Both the position numbers and the translations under genes were made by a program. From IMG/VR virus record IMGVR_UViG_3300029787_000002, positions 108,908 to 172,907 of that record: DNA of 64,000 nucleotides, one strand, 5' to 3'. Every line of letters begins with the position of its first letter. Positions within the stretch are counted from its first letter, which is position 1. The stretch comes from a virus. The notes under the pieces were generated by a model, which saw only the letters and a program-made list of their open reading frames with translations, made no database searches and had not been told where the DNA came from. Positions 34,118-46,100 of this stretch are shown piece by piece.

Positions 34118-34343
34118 TGAACAAGAAGTAGCAGAAGCACTCAATGCTATCAACGATTGTCTAATTGCATTAGGTAAGCGTTTACAAGAAGTTGAGGAGT
34201 ATGTTGCTACAATGAATATTGCTGAGAAGGTGTTGTATAAACCAAACGGACAGGAAAAGTACTTAAATATAAAGGAAAACTACGATCTTATCTACCAGAG
34301 ATTAGATAAACTAGAGAAAGAAAGACCATGGGATGTAAAATAG
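34110..34343 (+). CDS. Hypothetical coiled-coil protein
   Basis: ORF track. Confidence 0.7.
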   Translation: MNNEQEVAEALNAINDCLIALGKRLQEVEEYVATMNIAEKVLYKPNGQEKYLNIKENYDLIYQRLDKLEKERPWDVK

Positions 34344-36919
34344 TCGATGGACGTGCAGGTCAGATCACTGATGTATGTCAGGATGCTGATGGTTGTCCAC
34401 GCTTTGAACCTTTACCTGCTGATAGAACGATCGGTATCAAGTATCGTGAATACCCAAAGAGTAGTATTCGTGGTAGTCTGAATAGTTTAAACAATGTCAA
34501 TGTGAATATCACTGGTGCTGAAGGACAAGCAGTGATGTATCCTTCCATTTTAGTCGGTAATCAAGGCGGTCGTGCTACATTTGGTGGCAATCCTGGAACA
34601 TTCTCACAACCTGTGTCTGCAGCAAACTGTGGTAAGGTAACAAGAGCAGGTACACTTTGTACTGGTTTCAGTAATGGTGCTACTGCAGTGTATGATTATT
34701 TCCCTACAGAACTCTCATTTAGTTTTCAGAACAGTGATACTTGGTTTTCTTACATCTACACGATGAATAGTAACTCAGGTCAGATTGGTATAGCATCTTA
34801 TATCATTGAGGATGAACAGCGGGGAACCACTGGAGGTACTTCGGATGGTACTCCAACGGGCGATCCACTAAGTGATAGTACCATTGCCAATACTATTTGT
34901 CACCCTTGTGCAGGATTTACCTGTACCCCCGCTTCCACACAGTGCTCATATACTATCGAAAGTGATGTAGATTACACTGGAGATGAAGATTGTCCCCACC
35001 CGACGCTGTTTGGCATTGGTACAGGAAGTTTTAAAGTGGTGTTTACCTATGATTCTCTATCCACTACGATTCCAAACGGTGTAACGGACCTCTCAGTGTC
35101 CTATGATGGCACGAATTACTCCGATGCATGGAACGAAGGTGAGAACTTTGGTATCTCATTTGACTCTCCACAGAATACTTGGCAAGCAGGAGATGAAGCA
35201 GCAGATACCTTTACCGTGTATACACTTGAAGCAACAGGTAAAACTGGTCTTCAACTGAATATTCGTATCGCACCGATCGTCGATGAGTCGGGATCCACTG
35301 TTGCATTCACAGGAACACGTTGGACTATCTTAGATATTGTTCAACCTGGCACAGGATATGCACAAAATGATACATTTAACATCACTCACGATCATATTCA
35401 CCCTGATAATACGACTACAACCTTTACATTAACTGTTAAAATCACTGCTGTTGGACCAATCGAGTCCCAATCTGGGTCAATTGCTGATGTTTTGCGTAGT
35501 GGTGATACATTAAATGGTCATGAAGTGACTCGTGTTCTTCATGGACCTTCAATTGATAGTGATTATAGTACATCAACAGGTCTCTTCCCTTACCATTTTG
35601 CTTATTTGGATGGAAATGGCAACGATTTTACTAAAGACACCTCTTATACAAGTAGTAGAGCACACCAAGTAACTGCAATTGCAGGTTACGGAATCAAAGA
35701 TGTAGGATTTTTCGGTGGACTTTATGAGTTTACGGATAAGTCTGTTCAATATACTACTGGTTTTGTTGACAGGAATGCTCCTGACGTCTATAATACCCTT
35801 GTTCAACCTTCATGTACCGTGAAATTAGACAACGGAAGAGTTGATCGTGTCGAGATTGACAACAACGGAGGAGGTTCTGGGTGGAATACACTCGGTAGAA
35901 TCCCTGAGTTGAGTATTACCGCACCAACTGTAGACTCTGGAGAGGCAGCGCAGGTCGTTGGTGACTTTGAAAACGGTGTTCTAGTCAATGTTACCGTCAC
36001 AAATCAAGGAAGCGGGTACGTTGAGAGCAATCTTCCACAAGTTTCCGTTACAAATATCCATAAATCAGAGAATTTTACAGTTGAAGACGCTGCTGTGCGC
36101 GAATTTGGGTTCGATAACCTCACTCAGTTCTATAAAACGTTCCCAGATGCAGTAGATGCGTTCCCAGAACTTGATCAAACAGCAATTCAGACAATTTTAT
36201 CGCAACATGAGACACTAAAAGCAAATGTTGAACCAGTAAAGGCGTATTCGAGGAACGAACCGAACGTAGAAATCAAAAAAGACCCCAATTATAAGCGTAG
36301 AGACGAGATGGTGCAGCGTCTTTTTAATAGACAGGACGTAGAAGGACTAAAAGTAACACTTAATCCCCCACAAACTTACAAAAGTATCGATACAGTTGAC
36401 TTTGGACCGTCTAAAGAAGCGCAAGACCTCAAAAAGTCTGCTAGAGAACTGATGGAAACACCTGCAATTGATAATGAGGTGCAAATTGAGAGTTTAATCC
36501 AAGAAGTGATCCCTGAAACTAGCATTTATGACGAATCTTACGTCGAAACTGTGCGTGGACCCTTTTCAGAACTGCCATATTCGTCTGACCTCACTAAATA
36601 CTTCATGAGACAGTTTATACCAGATGGAAGAGGAGAAGTAAAGGTTAAGCTTTCACTTGGCGTGACGCAACAGAACGTAGGAAATGCACATTTCTCTTGT
36701 ACCGCATCCGCAACTACAAGAGCAGACGCAACAGACGCTACTACTGGTGCGGTTACATCATCTACATTCTCATTTCCCTTTGGTCAAGTTCCTCAAGGAC
36801 CTGGTTGTCAGAATTGGAGTTGTAACGGAGACATGACTATCCGCAATGACTTTACCAATGCATCACAAACCATGGCAAAGGCAACAGAAAGATACGGTAA
36901 CCCTTATAACGTAACGTAA
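34328..36919 (+). CDS. Virion structural (baseplate/hub-associated) protein
   Basis: 863 aa, Cys-rich N-terminus, GxGY repeats, adjacent to PAAR and gp25. Confidence 0.7.
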   Translation: MGCKIVDGRAGQITDVCQDADGCPRFEPLPADRTIGIKYREYPKSSIRGSLNSLNNVNVNITGAEGQAVMYPSILVGNQGGRATFGGNPGTFSQPVSAANCGKVTRAGTLCTGFSNGATAVYDYFPTELSFSFQNSDTWFSYIYTMNSNSGQIGIASYIIEDEQRGTTGGTSDGTPTGDPLSDSTIANTICHPCAGFTCTPASTQCSYTIESDVDYTGDEDCPHPTLFGIGTGSFKVVFTYDSLSTTIPNGVTDLSVSYDGTNYSDAWNEGENFGISFDSPQNTWQAGDEAADTFTVYTLEATGKTGLQLNIRIAPIVDESGSTVAFTGTRWTILDIVQPGTGYAQNDTFNITHDHIHPDNTTTTFTLTVKITAVGPIESQSGSIADVLRSGDTLNGHEVTRVLHGPSIDSDYSTSTGLFPYHFAYLDGNGNDFTKDTSYTSSRAHQVTAIAGYGIKDVGFFGGLYEFTDKSVQYTTGFVDRNAPDVYNTLVQPSCTVKLDNGRVDRVEIDNNGGGSGWNTLGRIPELSITAPTVDSGEAAQVVGDFENGVLVNVTVTNQGSGYVESNLPQVSVTNIHKSENFTVEDAAVREFGFDNLTQFYKTFPDAVDAFPELDQTAIQTILSQHETLKANVEPVKAYSRNEPNVEIKKDPNYKRRDEMVQRLFNRQDVEGLKVTLNPPQTYKSIDTVDFGPSKEAQDLKKSARELMETPAIDNEVQIESLIQEVIPETSIYDESYVETVRGPFSELPYSSDLTKYFMRQFIPDGRGEVKVKLSLGVTQQNVGNAHFSCTASATTRADATDATTGAVTSSTFSFPFGQVPQGPGCQNWSCNGDMTIRNDFTNASQTMAKATERYGNPYNVT

Positions 36920-37464
36920 TGTCAGTACAAGCAGCAGCACTATTCATGGGAACATGTAGTGGACATGGTAAAGCAAATGGTGTCAACTGGCACCCAGGTC
37001 CAGGTGGAGGCATCTTATCTCCTTGCCCTCATCCATCTCTTGCACCTTATATTGTACCAAAGGGTATGGAGATTGCGGATAATTTTGCAACATGGTTACC
37101 TACAGCACAACTTCCGTTGGAACCTATTGTAAGAAACGTGGTAATTAATAAGAAGATCCCTATTATTGATCAGGATAACTTAATTCCACATCCTACAGTC
37201 ACACAGCATGTTACTATGTCAGTAGGATTCAAATGTTTCACGGTAAGAAATACTCCTGCGTGGCATTGTACTATTGGAACAGGCGGAGGTGGTCGAGAAG
37301 CAGCTACAGGTCATGCTCGAAGACTTTTTGCAACTACAAAGACAGTATTCATTAATGGAAAGCGTGCAGGTAGGATGGCAGATCCATTTGGAAATAAAAC
37401 AGTTCCATTTCCATGTTTGAGTGTCGTTGCAGGAGCAAGTAAAGACGTATTCATCGGAAGTTGA
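36919..37464 (+). CDS. PAAR-like spike-tip protein (gp5.4-like)
   Basis: CSGHG, NVVINKKIP, TVFINGKRAGRMADP, C...VAGASKDVFIG. Confidence 0.8.
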   Translation: MSVQAAALFMGTCSGHGKANGVNWHPGPGGGILSPCPHPSLAPYIVPKGMEIADNFATWLPTAQLPLEPIVRNVVINKKIPIIDQDNLIPHPTVTQHVTMSVGFKCFTVRNTPAWHCTIGTGGGGREAATGHARRLFATTKTVFINGKRAGRMADPFGNKTVPFPCLSVVAGASKDVFIGS

Positions 37465-37470
37465 TAAATA
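37463..37470 (+). promoter_or_regulatory. Late promoter (GATAAATA)
   Basis: NATAAATA upstream of the baseplate operon. Confidence 0.65.
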
Positions 37471-37501
37471 AAGTGGGATAGCAACCCCATTAAAAGTTCT
37501 A

Positions 37502-37666
37502 ATGTCGTATACATTACACTTTTTAATGATTAATCCCGATCGCGATCCAAAGTACATGTTAGAAACACATGGAACTGTAGGACTAGTCACAGATTACGGT
37601 TCGACTGCCTACATAGAGAAAGCAAAAACTAAAAAAGAAGTTAAAGCACCTAGCAAATGGCGTTAA
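37502..37666 (+). CDS. Small hypothetical protein (54 aa, not in track)
   Basis: ...MINPDRDPKYMLETHGTVGLVTDY; overlaps gp25 start. Confidence 0.55.
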   Translation: MSYTLHFLMINPDRDPKYMLETHGTVGLVTDYGSTAYIEKAKTKKEVKAPSKWR

Positions 37667-38076
37667 AGGATATAAAAGGTCAAAACTTTAAGAGGTCTCG
37701 AAGATTCGACGACCTTAATATTGCTTTGACCAAAAATCCTTTTACAAAAGATGTCTATAGTGTGAAAAACGACAACGCTATCAAACAAGCAATTAAAAAC
37801 TTGGTTCTCACCTCTCCTGGTGAGAAACCATTCCAACCTCTTGTAGGTTCAAGGGTAAGTCAATTACTTTTTGAACCTTTGGATGCATTTACCGCAGATG
37901 CAATTAAGCAAGAGATCATAAATACCATTACACAGCATGAACCAAGAGTAAATCTTACTGAAGTCGATGTAACACCGATCTATGCGAATAACAAGATCAA
38001 CATAACGGTAGAATATCAGATTGTCGGATTGCCCATTGTTGAATCGATATCCTTTGTCTTACAGAGACCCGAATAA
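37657..38076 (+). CDS. gp25: Baseplate wedge subunit gp25
   Basis: AIKQAIKNLVLTSPGEKPFQPLVGS...LLFEP...HEPRV. Confidence 0.95.
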   Translation: MALKDIKGQNFKRSRRFDDLNIALTKNPFTKDVYSVKNDNAIKQAIKNLVLTSPGEKPFQPLVGSRVSQLLFEPLDAFTADAIKQEIINTITQHEPRVNLTEVDVTPIYANNKINITVEYQIVGLPIVESISFVLQRPE

Positions 38077-40109
38077 TGCAACCGAATAACCTAACAGCAC
38101 TAGACTTTGAAGATGTCAAAGCAAGTATTAAATCATACCTAAGAACTCGAAGTGAGTTTACGGATTATGACTTTGATGGTTCTGCATTATCGTATATGGT
38201 TGATGCACTTGCTTATAATACTTACTATACAGCATTCAATGCTAACATGTCACTGAATGAAGCATTCTTGCCTTCATCTACAGTTAGAGATAACGTCGTT
38301 AATATTGCCAAGTTAATGAATTACACTCCTAGAAGTGTAATTTCATCTAGAGCGTCTGTAAAAATTGATGTTCAGACTTCTCAAGCAAATGGAGTGTACC
38401 CAAGTAGTGTTACCTTGAAGAAAGGTTCTATTGCGACTGGTGGTAACTTCGTTTGGAACATTTTAAGAGATACTACTGCTGAAGTTAGTCCCACTACAGG
38501 TATTGGTACCTTTCCTGAGGTTTGTATCTACGAAGGACAAATTGTAAACTTCCAGTACATTGTTAATACCTTTGCAAGACAAACATATGCAATCCCTTCT
38601 GCAGAAGCAGACCTTGCAACACTCAAAGTTAGTGTAAAAGCAAACGAGACTGCCACAGCAGCGGATATTTACAACCAAGTAGACACTGTTACTGGTCTAA
38701 CCGCATCTACCCGCGCATACTTCCTTTCTGAAGGTGAGGATATGCGCTTTGAGGTTAGGTTTGGTGATGATAGTGTCGGAAGAGCATTAAAAGACGGAGA
38801 AGTCGTACAATTCGAGTATTTGGTGACTTCTGGCAAGGAAGCAAATGAAGTTAACTCATTTGGTTACGTTGGAACCGCGATAGATGCTACAGGAACTAAT
38901 GTTGTTACTTCTGATGTAACTCTAACGGTTTTACATCGTTCTCAGATGGGAACTGGTGCGGAAAGTATTGAATCTATCAAATATAACGCTCCAAGATACT
39001 ACTCTTCTCAATATAGAGCAGTTACAGCGCAAGATTACGCTTTAATCACTCAAAGGATCTATGATAATGCGGATTCCGTTGTTGCTTATGGTGGAGACAG
39101 TTTAAATCCTCCTATTTACGGAAAAGTCTTTATTGCAATCAAAACTAAGACAGGATCCCTTCTAAATGACGCTACGAAGAAGGAAATTTCTGCTAACCTT
39201 AGGAAGTATGCCATGGCATCGATTGACCCTGTTGTAGTCGATCCTGATAACGTATACATCTATACTAAGATCTTTGCTCTATACGATACTGGAGCAGGAA
39301 GTAGTTCCTCACAGATTAAAACTGATATTCAGACATCGATTAATGATTGGGCAACTCAAACACAAATTAATAACTTCAACTCAACCTTTAGAGGTTCTGC
39401 ATACGAGAAAGCAATCACTCTTGCTAATAATGCCATTACTGACGTTTCACTTCAGACAACTACTCTAAAATACATTACACCAAATAGTAACCAGACCAAT
39501 ACTTACTGTATTAGCACTGGTAGTGGACTTTATAACTCCGCACCTTCTAAAGATGGTGATGACGGTACTTGTAAGAAAGAACCTGTCTTGTTATCAGGAA
39601 CATTTAGAACTGCAGACCGTCCTGGAGTAGATCAGCAGTTTGAAGACGATGGATATGGAAATCTACGCATTTTCTATAATACAGGTACTAAAAAGGTATA
39701 TACGAACAACTCAATCGGTACAGTCAACTATGATACTGGAGAAATCTGTTTTGGTCCAGTAAATGTGATCAGTACAGGAACAAATGTTCCGTCTTCTTCG
39801 GCAGTAAATATCACAGACACTGTAACTGGTGCAGGTAGTGTTACAGATCCATCACTTCTCCCTGGAGACCTAAGGATTCCTGTTATTACTATTCCTGCCA
39901 ACAGTGGTACCATTCCTGCTTCAACCCCAGGAACAATTATCAATATTATTAGTCCTGAGGTAACAGTATCACCAATTGGTACAACACCACCTGCCTCTGT
40001 CCCTCTAAATAGTTTGACACCAACGATATTTGATGATACCCCCTCAGTTGTGGAGGTTGCACCAATTGATAACAGCGGTGGTCTAAACACATCAACCTGT
40101 TTCTCGTAA
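38076..40109 (+). CDS. gp6: Baseplate wedge subunit gp6
   Basis: LDFEDVKASIKSYL..FTDYDFDGS...LAYNTYY; ESIESIKYNAP...QYRAVTAQDY. Confidence 0.95.
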   Translation: MQPNNLTALDFEDVKASIKSYLRTRSEFTDYDFDGSALSYMVDALAYNTYYTAFNANMSLNEAFLPSSTVRDNVVNIAKLMNYTPRSVISSRASVKIDVQTSQANGVYPSSVTLKKGSIATGGNFVWNILRDTTAEVSPTTGIGTFPEVCIYEGQIVNFQYIVNTFARQTYAIPSAEADLATLKVSVKANETATAADIYNQVDTVTGLTASTRAYFLSEGEDMRFEVRFGDDSVGRALKDGEVVQFEYLVTSGKEANEVNSFGYVGTAIDATGTNVVTSDVTLTVLHRSQMGTGAESIESIKYNAPRYYSSQYRAVTAQDYALITQRIYDNADSVVAYGGDSLNPPIYGKVFIAIKTKTGSLLNDATKKEISANLRKYAMASIDPVVVDPDNVYIYTKIFALYDTGAGSSSSQIKTDIQTSINDWATQTQINNFNSTFRGSAYEKAITLANNAITDVSLQTTTLKYITPNSNQTNTYCISTGSGLYNSAPSKDGDDGTCKKEPVLLSGTFRTADRPGVDQQFEDDGYGNLRIFYNTGTKKVYTNNSIGTVNYDTGEICFGPVNVISTGTNVPSSSAVNITDTVTGAGSVTDPSLLPGDLRIPVITIPANSGTIPASTPGTIINIISPEVTVSPIGTTPPASVPLNSLTPTIFDDTPSVVEVAPIDNSGGLNTSTCFS

Positions 40110-40116
40110 AGCGTAG

Positions 40117-43100
40117 ATGAACATTAATAAGGTTTCCCAGTCGATTGAGTCTCAATCACCAGACTTTATTGGATCAGAATATCCTCTGTTTAATAAGTTT
40201 CTTGAGTATTATTACAAATCTCAAGAGAAGACTGGTTTAGGGCAAAATATACTTAATAACTTCCTCCAGTATCTTGATATCGACAAACTCGATATCGGTA
40301 TCCTAGATGGTGCGACAACGCTTGTAGAAGCGATTACAGATAGTTCAGATAAGATCGTTGTTGAGAGTATCAACCCTTTCCTAGAAACGAATGGGTCTAT
40401 TCTAGTTGGCGATGAAGTCATATATTATGAAGGTGTAGATAAATCTCCAGAGATCTCACTTTCTCCAGGTATTTCATATGAACAGGTAAAACTTAAGTGG
40501 ACTACTCTTGCTAGTCTTATCAACAGTTTTGATGGTACCACTACAGCATTTGCAATAACATCTCAAGACAGTCCAATTGCTCCCCCTTCAGCACAGCATT
40601 TGGTTGTTTCTTTGTATGGTAATATTTTAGTTCCAAATATTGATTATACAGTTAGCGGATCAAATATCGTATTCACTACTGCACCTAGAACCAAAATTCC
40701 TGCTGATGATGCAGGTTCAACTTACATCTTCTATCTTAGCGGTTTTGTTGAGAACACCATTTATGGATTAGACAATCTTTCTGGTGCTTTTGGTGATGGT
40801 AAGAAGCAATTCAGTCTAACTCGTAATGGAGTTAAGTATGAACCAGAAGTTGAAGAGTATTTGAATGTCATTTATGATAATCGTCTCTTAGTTCCTAAAG
40901 TTGATTACTTTATTGATGAAGATCAATTTGTATTTAAAGTAGCACCCCTTAACGGTCGTTTCTTATCAATCCATGCAATTGAGGCACCTATTCCGTCTTT
41001 CGGTAGTGGTGCAGTTGGTTTTTCTCGTATTAATGATAATGGACTTCTAACAAGTGTCTCATCTAGTGCTATTGGTACTGGATATCGCTTTGAATATCCT
41101 CCTCAAGTTAGCATTGACTCTGAGCAAGGTTCAGGTGCTGCTGCAACTGCCCTTGTTAACGGTTTGAAGTCAATCACCCTACTAGAGGGTGGAAGGGGTT
41201 ACAGCACGACTAACCCTCCTGTTGTGCAGGTTCAATCTCCTACTAAAACTGGTTCTAGTCAAGCAACTATTAGTGCAACGGTTACTGACGGTTCAGTTAC
41301 TGCACTGAGCATTACTAACTCTGGTTCTGGTTATACCTTTACTCCTAGAATTACTTTTGTTCAACCTGGTGGGGCAAAACTGGGTACTCCAGTTATTACT
41401 AATGAACAGGTAACATCAATCCCTGTTACTGACGGAGGTTTTGGTTATACTACTGCTCCAACTGTTTATATTGATGAATCAACTGGTTCAAACCCAATTA
41501 AGGCAGCATTAAGAGCAAATCTTACTGAAGGTAAGGTTACTAGCATTTCAATCTTAAATGCAGGACAAGGATATACAACTGTTCCTAGAGTTGCGATTGT
41601 AGACCCTGTAGGTGCACAAGTATTACAAACTGTTGTTGATGGTGATGGTAGAGTCATCAGAATCGAATTACTTAATGGTGGTGGCGGATATGACGATGTT
41701 CCTTCTGTTTATATTGTAGATAATAGAACTAACGGTGGTACTGGCGCAACTGCGGTTGCTTCTATTTTCAACGGTCGAATTACTGATCTTAATATTACTA
41801 ATTTTGGTAGCGGTTACTCTGCTGCTAATCCTCCTGAGATTGTAATCCAAGCACCTCCTCAGGCAAAAGCATCTGTTGAAATTGGTCTTAATGAAGTCAC
41901 AGGTTTCGTAGTTACTGAGTCAGGTAAAGGATACAACAAGGCAGCATTTACTGGATGTGCGAGAGCAGCATCTGGTATTACTAAGTACACTGAAACAGGT
42001 AATGCAGTATTCAGTAATAACACTACAGCAGCATCTGCAGCGGTTGGTTCAAGCGTTAAGTGTTTGGATGCACTATTTGTTAAGAGACTACTAGACAAGT
42101 ATACAGAACAGTTCTTACCTGATGTTCCAGAACTTGACTACTCTAAGATTGATGTTCGTACATCGATCAAAACTATTAAAGATTTTTATTCATCTAAAGG
42201 TACTTCGTTCAGTATTGCTTATCTGTTCAAGTTACTTTACGGTGAAACTGTTACGGTCACATATCCAAAAGACCAAATCATCAAACCCTCTGCAGCAACT
42301 TGGTCTATCGACACAATTTTGCGTGCAACCCTAGTAAGTGGTAATGCTGAGAATATTAGAGATGGTTTGTTAACTCAAGAAGCAGATATTGCAGATCCTA
42401 ATGTAACTGCTGCAAGTGCCTTAGTTGAAAACTATATTTCAATCAAAACCTCTGATGTAGAGATCTTTGAACTTGTTCTTTCAGAAGAAACTATTGTTGG
42501 GACGTTTACCGTACCATATAAGACAAAACTTGCTGAACCTCTCAATCAAACTGATTCGATCATTACGGTTGACTCTACAATTGGTTGGCCAGAACGAAAT
42601 GGTGAGTTTGTCATCGGTGGTGGTACAACAACTGAACTTGTACAGTATAAAGAGAAATCACTCAACCAGTTCATCGAATGTACTCGTTCTGCAAACGGTA
42701 TTGTAGAAGACTGGGATTCTGCAACTCAAGTTGCTTCTAACTTCACGGTATATGTGAATAGAGGAACTACTCAAGAAGTAGTGTTAAATGTTGTTGGTAT
42801 TGTTGATGCACAGCAAACTGTTCTTACTGACACTGGTTCATACTACTTACCTGGCGATAAACTCGCTGTGTCTAAGTTAGGTGGAACTAGTATTGATCCT
42901 CATTTAACTACATGGTTATATAACGTCAAAAAACTTATCAATGTCTCTACAGTTGTCTTTGGAGGTGTTAATAATAGGTTTGCAACTATTACTTGTTCAA
43001 ACAATCACGGTTTATTGGTTGGTGATCAGGTTACAGTTTATGGTGCAAACCCAATCATCTATAATGGAACATTCCTTGTAACATCTAGGGATAGTGCAAC

Positions 43101-46100
43101 AGTATTCCAGTATCAGTTACCCCAACCCGCAACTGTGGTACCACAGGGTAACATTTTAGTATCTGTTGACTTGAACAAAGGTAAGTCTACAAGTACTGCT
43201 GTATTGAATGCTATTGGTCCTTATACGACTAACGTTCAAAACTCATTCTTCAATACAAACTATGCATACCTAGCATCTACAGGTATTCCAAACTATAATA
43301 TTGGTCCTTTCCCAGGATCTGCTCTGCTTCCAGGAAACCAACGTAAGTTGAATCGTTTCCCGATTACTTCTACAACAATTTCTACAAAGAATACTGTTTC
43401 TCCAGGTCCTATCGGAACTTGGGTTAATGGCGTCTCTATCTGGTCTTATAAGTCAACTCTCAAGAAAACCTTTGGTGCTGTAACTAGCGTTGCTATTACA
43501 AATGCAGGTAAAGAATATGATGCTGCCTCTCCACCTGTATTAACTATCAGTGGTGGCGGAGGAACTGGTGCAACTGCTGCAGTTGTTGTTAACGGTTCTG
43601 TTAATGAAATTACTGTATCTACAGGGGGTTCTGGGTTTACTTCTTCTCCTCTAGTCTCTATCGTTGGTGGAGGCGGTTCTGGAGCGTCTGCAACTGCTAT
43701 TATTACAAAAGGGGTTGTCTCTAGAATTCTAATCAACTCAGGTGGTAGTGGATACACCTCACAACCTTCTATTACTGTTGTTGGTGGCGGTGGTACTGGT
43801 GCTGCAGCAACTGCATCTGTTCGTGGTCCTATTCAGTCTGTTTCCGTTGGATCAGGTGGTAGTTCTTATACTTCTACTCCTACGGTATCGTTAAGTTCTG
43901 GTAGTGGTGCTGTTGCACAGGCAATTGTACAGAATGGTCGTATTATTTCGATCGCTATTATTTCTGCAGGTTCTGGATATACAACTGCTCCTGAAATTAC
44001 TATTCAGGGTGAAGGTTTTGGTGCTGTTGCTAGAGCATCTATTGATACTGATGGTGAAAATGCAGGTAGAGTTACAAGCATTTCTATTATTAACCGAGGT
44101 ATTGGATATCTTCAAGGAACAACTATCATTAACTTGAACTCTGTTGGTTCTGAAGCAACTTTTACTGCAAACGTATTTGAATGGACTTATAACTTACAAT
44201 CAACTACTACATTTGATACTGCTAAGGGTTCTGTCTTTGAAGGATTTAATAATCAGTATGGTGGTGAGTATGCTCACTTATCAAACCCTCAAACACTAAG
44301 ATATATTCTTGGTGACAACTTATTTGAAAATGCATCAGGCGTAATCAAAGAACAGGAAGATGGTTTACTACACTCTCCTATTATTGGTTGGGCATTTGAT
44401 GGTAACCCAATTTACGGTCCTTATGGTTACTCTGATCCTACTGATCAGTCATCTGCGATCCAAAAACTTAATACTTCATATAGATTAAAGACAAATCTTG
44501 TTTATAATGTAGATTCTAACCCAAATCCTGTTAGAACAGCAGGTCCTTTACTATCTGCTGAGGCAGCAGGTAAATTTGTTGAGGACTATGAGTATGTGTT
44601 CGGTCTTGGTGCATTAGATCAGTATAACGGTAGATTCTGTAAGACTCCTGAGTATCCCGAAGGTAGATATTCTTACTTCGTTACTATTGATGCAACTGAC
44701 GATGGTAATCCATTATTCCCTTATGTTATGGGTCCTAGTTTCAACTCTGTTGTTGATTCTTGGAACTTGAATGCTAGTGCACAACAGCAAAATATTCCTA
44801 CTGGTGTTGTTAGATATCGTGATCCTTATGAGAATGTTGATATTGACGTTGAGAGGGCACCCAATGCTTCTACAAACGCTCTAACACTAGAGAATGGAGA
44901 TGTATTACTATTTGATATAGAAGACGAAGATAGAAGTGGTGTTATTGAAGCGGATGAGACTGCTGATCCCGATCAGGTCTTTGAAGAGTCACCATTACAG
45001 TTATTTGATTACTTCCCCAAAGTCAAGTTTGACTCTAAGGTTGATATTGAAGTTGAAACAACTACTAAGTTTGAAGATGCTTCTGTAACTGGATTTACAG
45101 TTGAAAACCCAGGTATATCTTATCAGGTTAATGATAGACTAATCTTTGACAATACTGATACCGATGGTAGTGGTGTTTCTGCTCGTATTTCTAGAATTAA
45201 AGGTGAAGCGGTTGAAGCATATACATTTGAAAATGTAAGTGGTAATAACTTCGGTGTTCTTACTACAGTCAATCCTCACAACTTACAAGCAGGTGATAGT
45301 GTCTTTATTGACTACACTCCTGTCATGGACAGCACTAATAAGACATTTGTTGTTCGTCAATTTAAAGGTATTGAAGAGATTGTAGTTAATCAAACTGGAT
45401 CTGGTTATAATACTGATATTCCTCCTACTATCATTATCGATGGTAATGGAACTGGTGGTAGACTTGAAGCAGTTGTAACTTCTGTTGGTTCTATTGAAAA
45501 TGTCAATATTATCAACTCTGGTTATGGATACACAAGTAATCCTAGAGTTATCCTTTCACATCCTCAAGTCTTCAAAAAAGCAGACTACTATGTTGCTAAG
45601 TTTACTAATAGAAACTATGTGAGGATCAGTGATGTATACATTAATGATTCTAAAGAAACTTATATTTGCGGTAAAACTTATGATGCTGCATCTAATGATG
45701 TTGCATTCATTGCAAAACTCTCTGCTACAGGTGTTAAGGAATGGGAAGCATCCTTAGAACTTCCAGGTGGTCAACAAGACTCTGAATTCCTCAAGTTGTA
45801 TGTTGATGGTAAGAGTATCTGGGTTGTTGGTCAAAATAGTCCAAATAGTGTTATTCTTTCCTCTTATAACCCTGATGTTATTCTTTGTAAGTATACTGAA
45901 GCAGCAAACGGACTAAGTGCAGCATTAACCTTCCAAAAAGGTTATGCAGGTATCTCTGGTTCTACTCGTGGTGACTTTATCACTGCTATTAAGAAATACT
46001 CTGATACTAGATTCATTATTGGAGGATATACCAATACTAACTCTGGTGCACCGTATGATGCTTTCATTGCATCTATCGATACTAGTGGTAACTTTGCAAT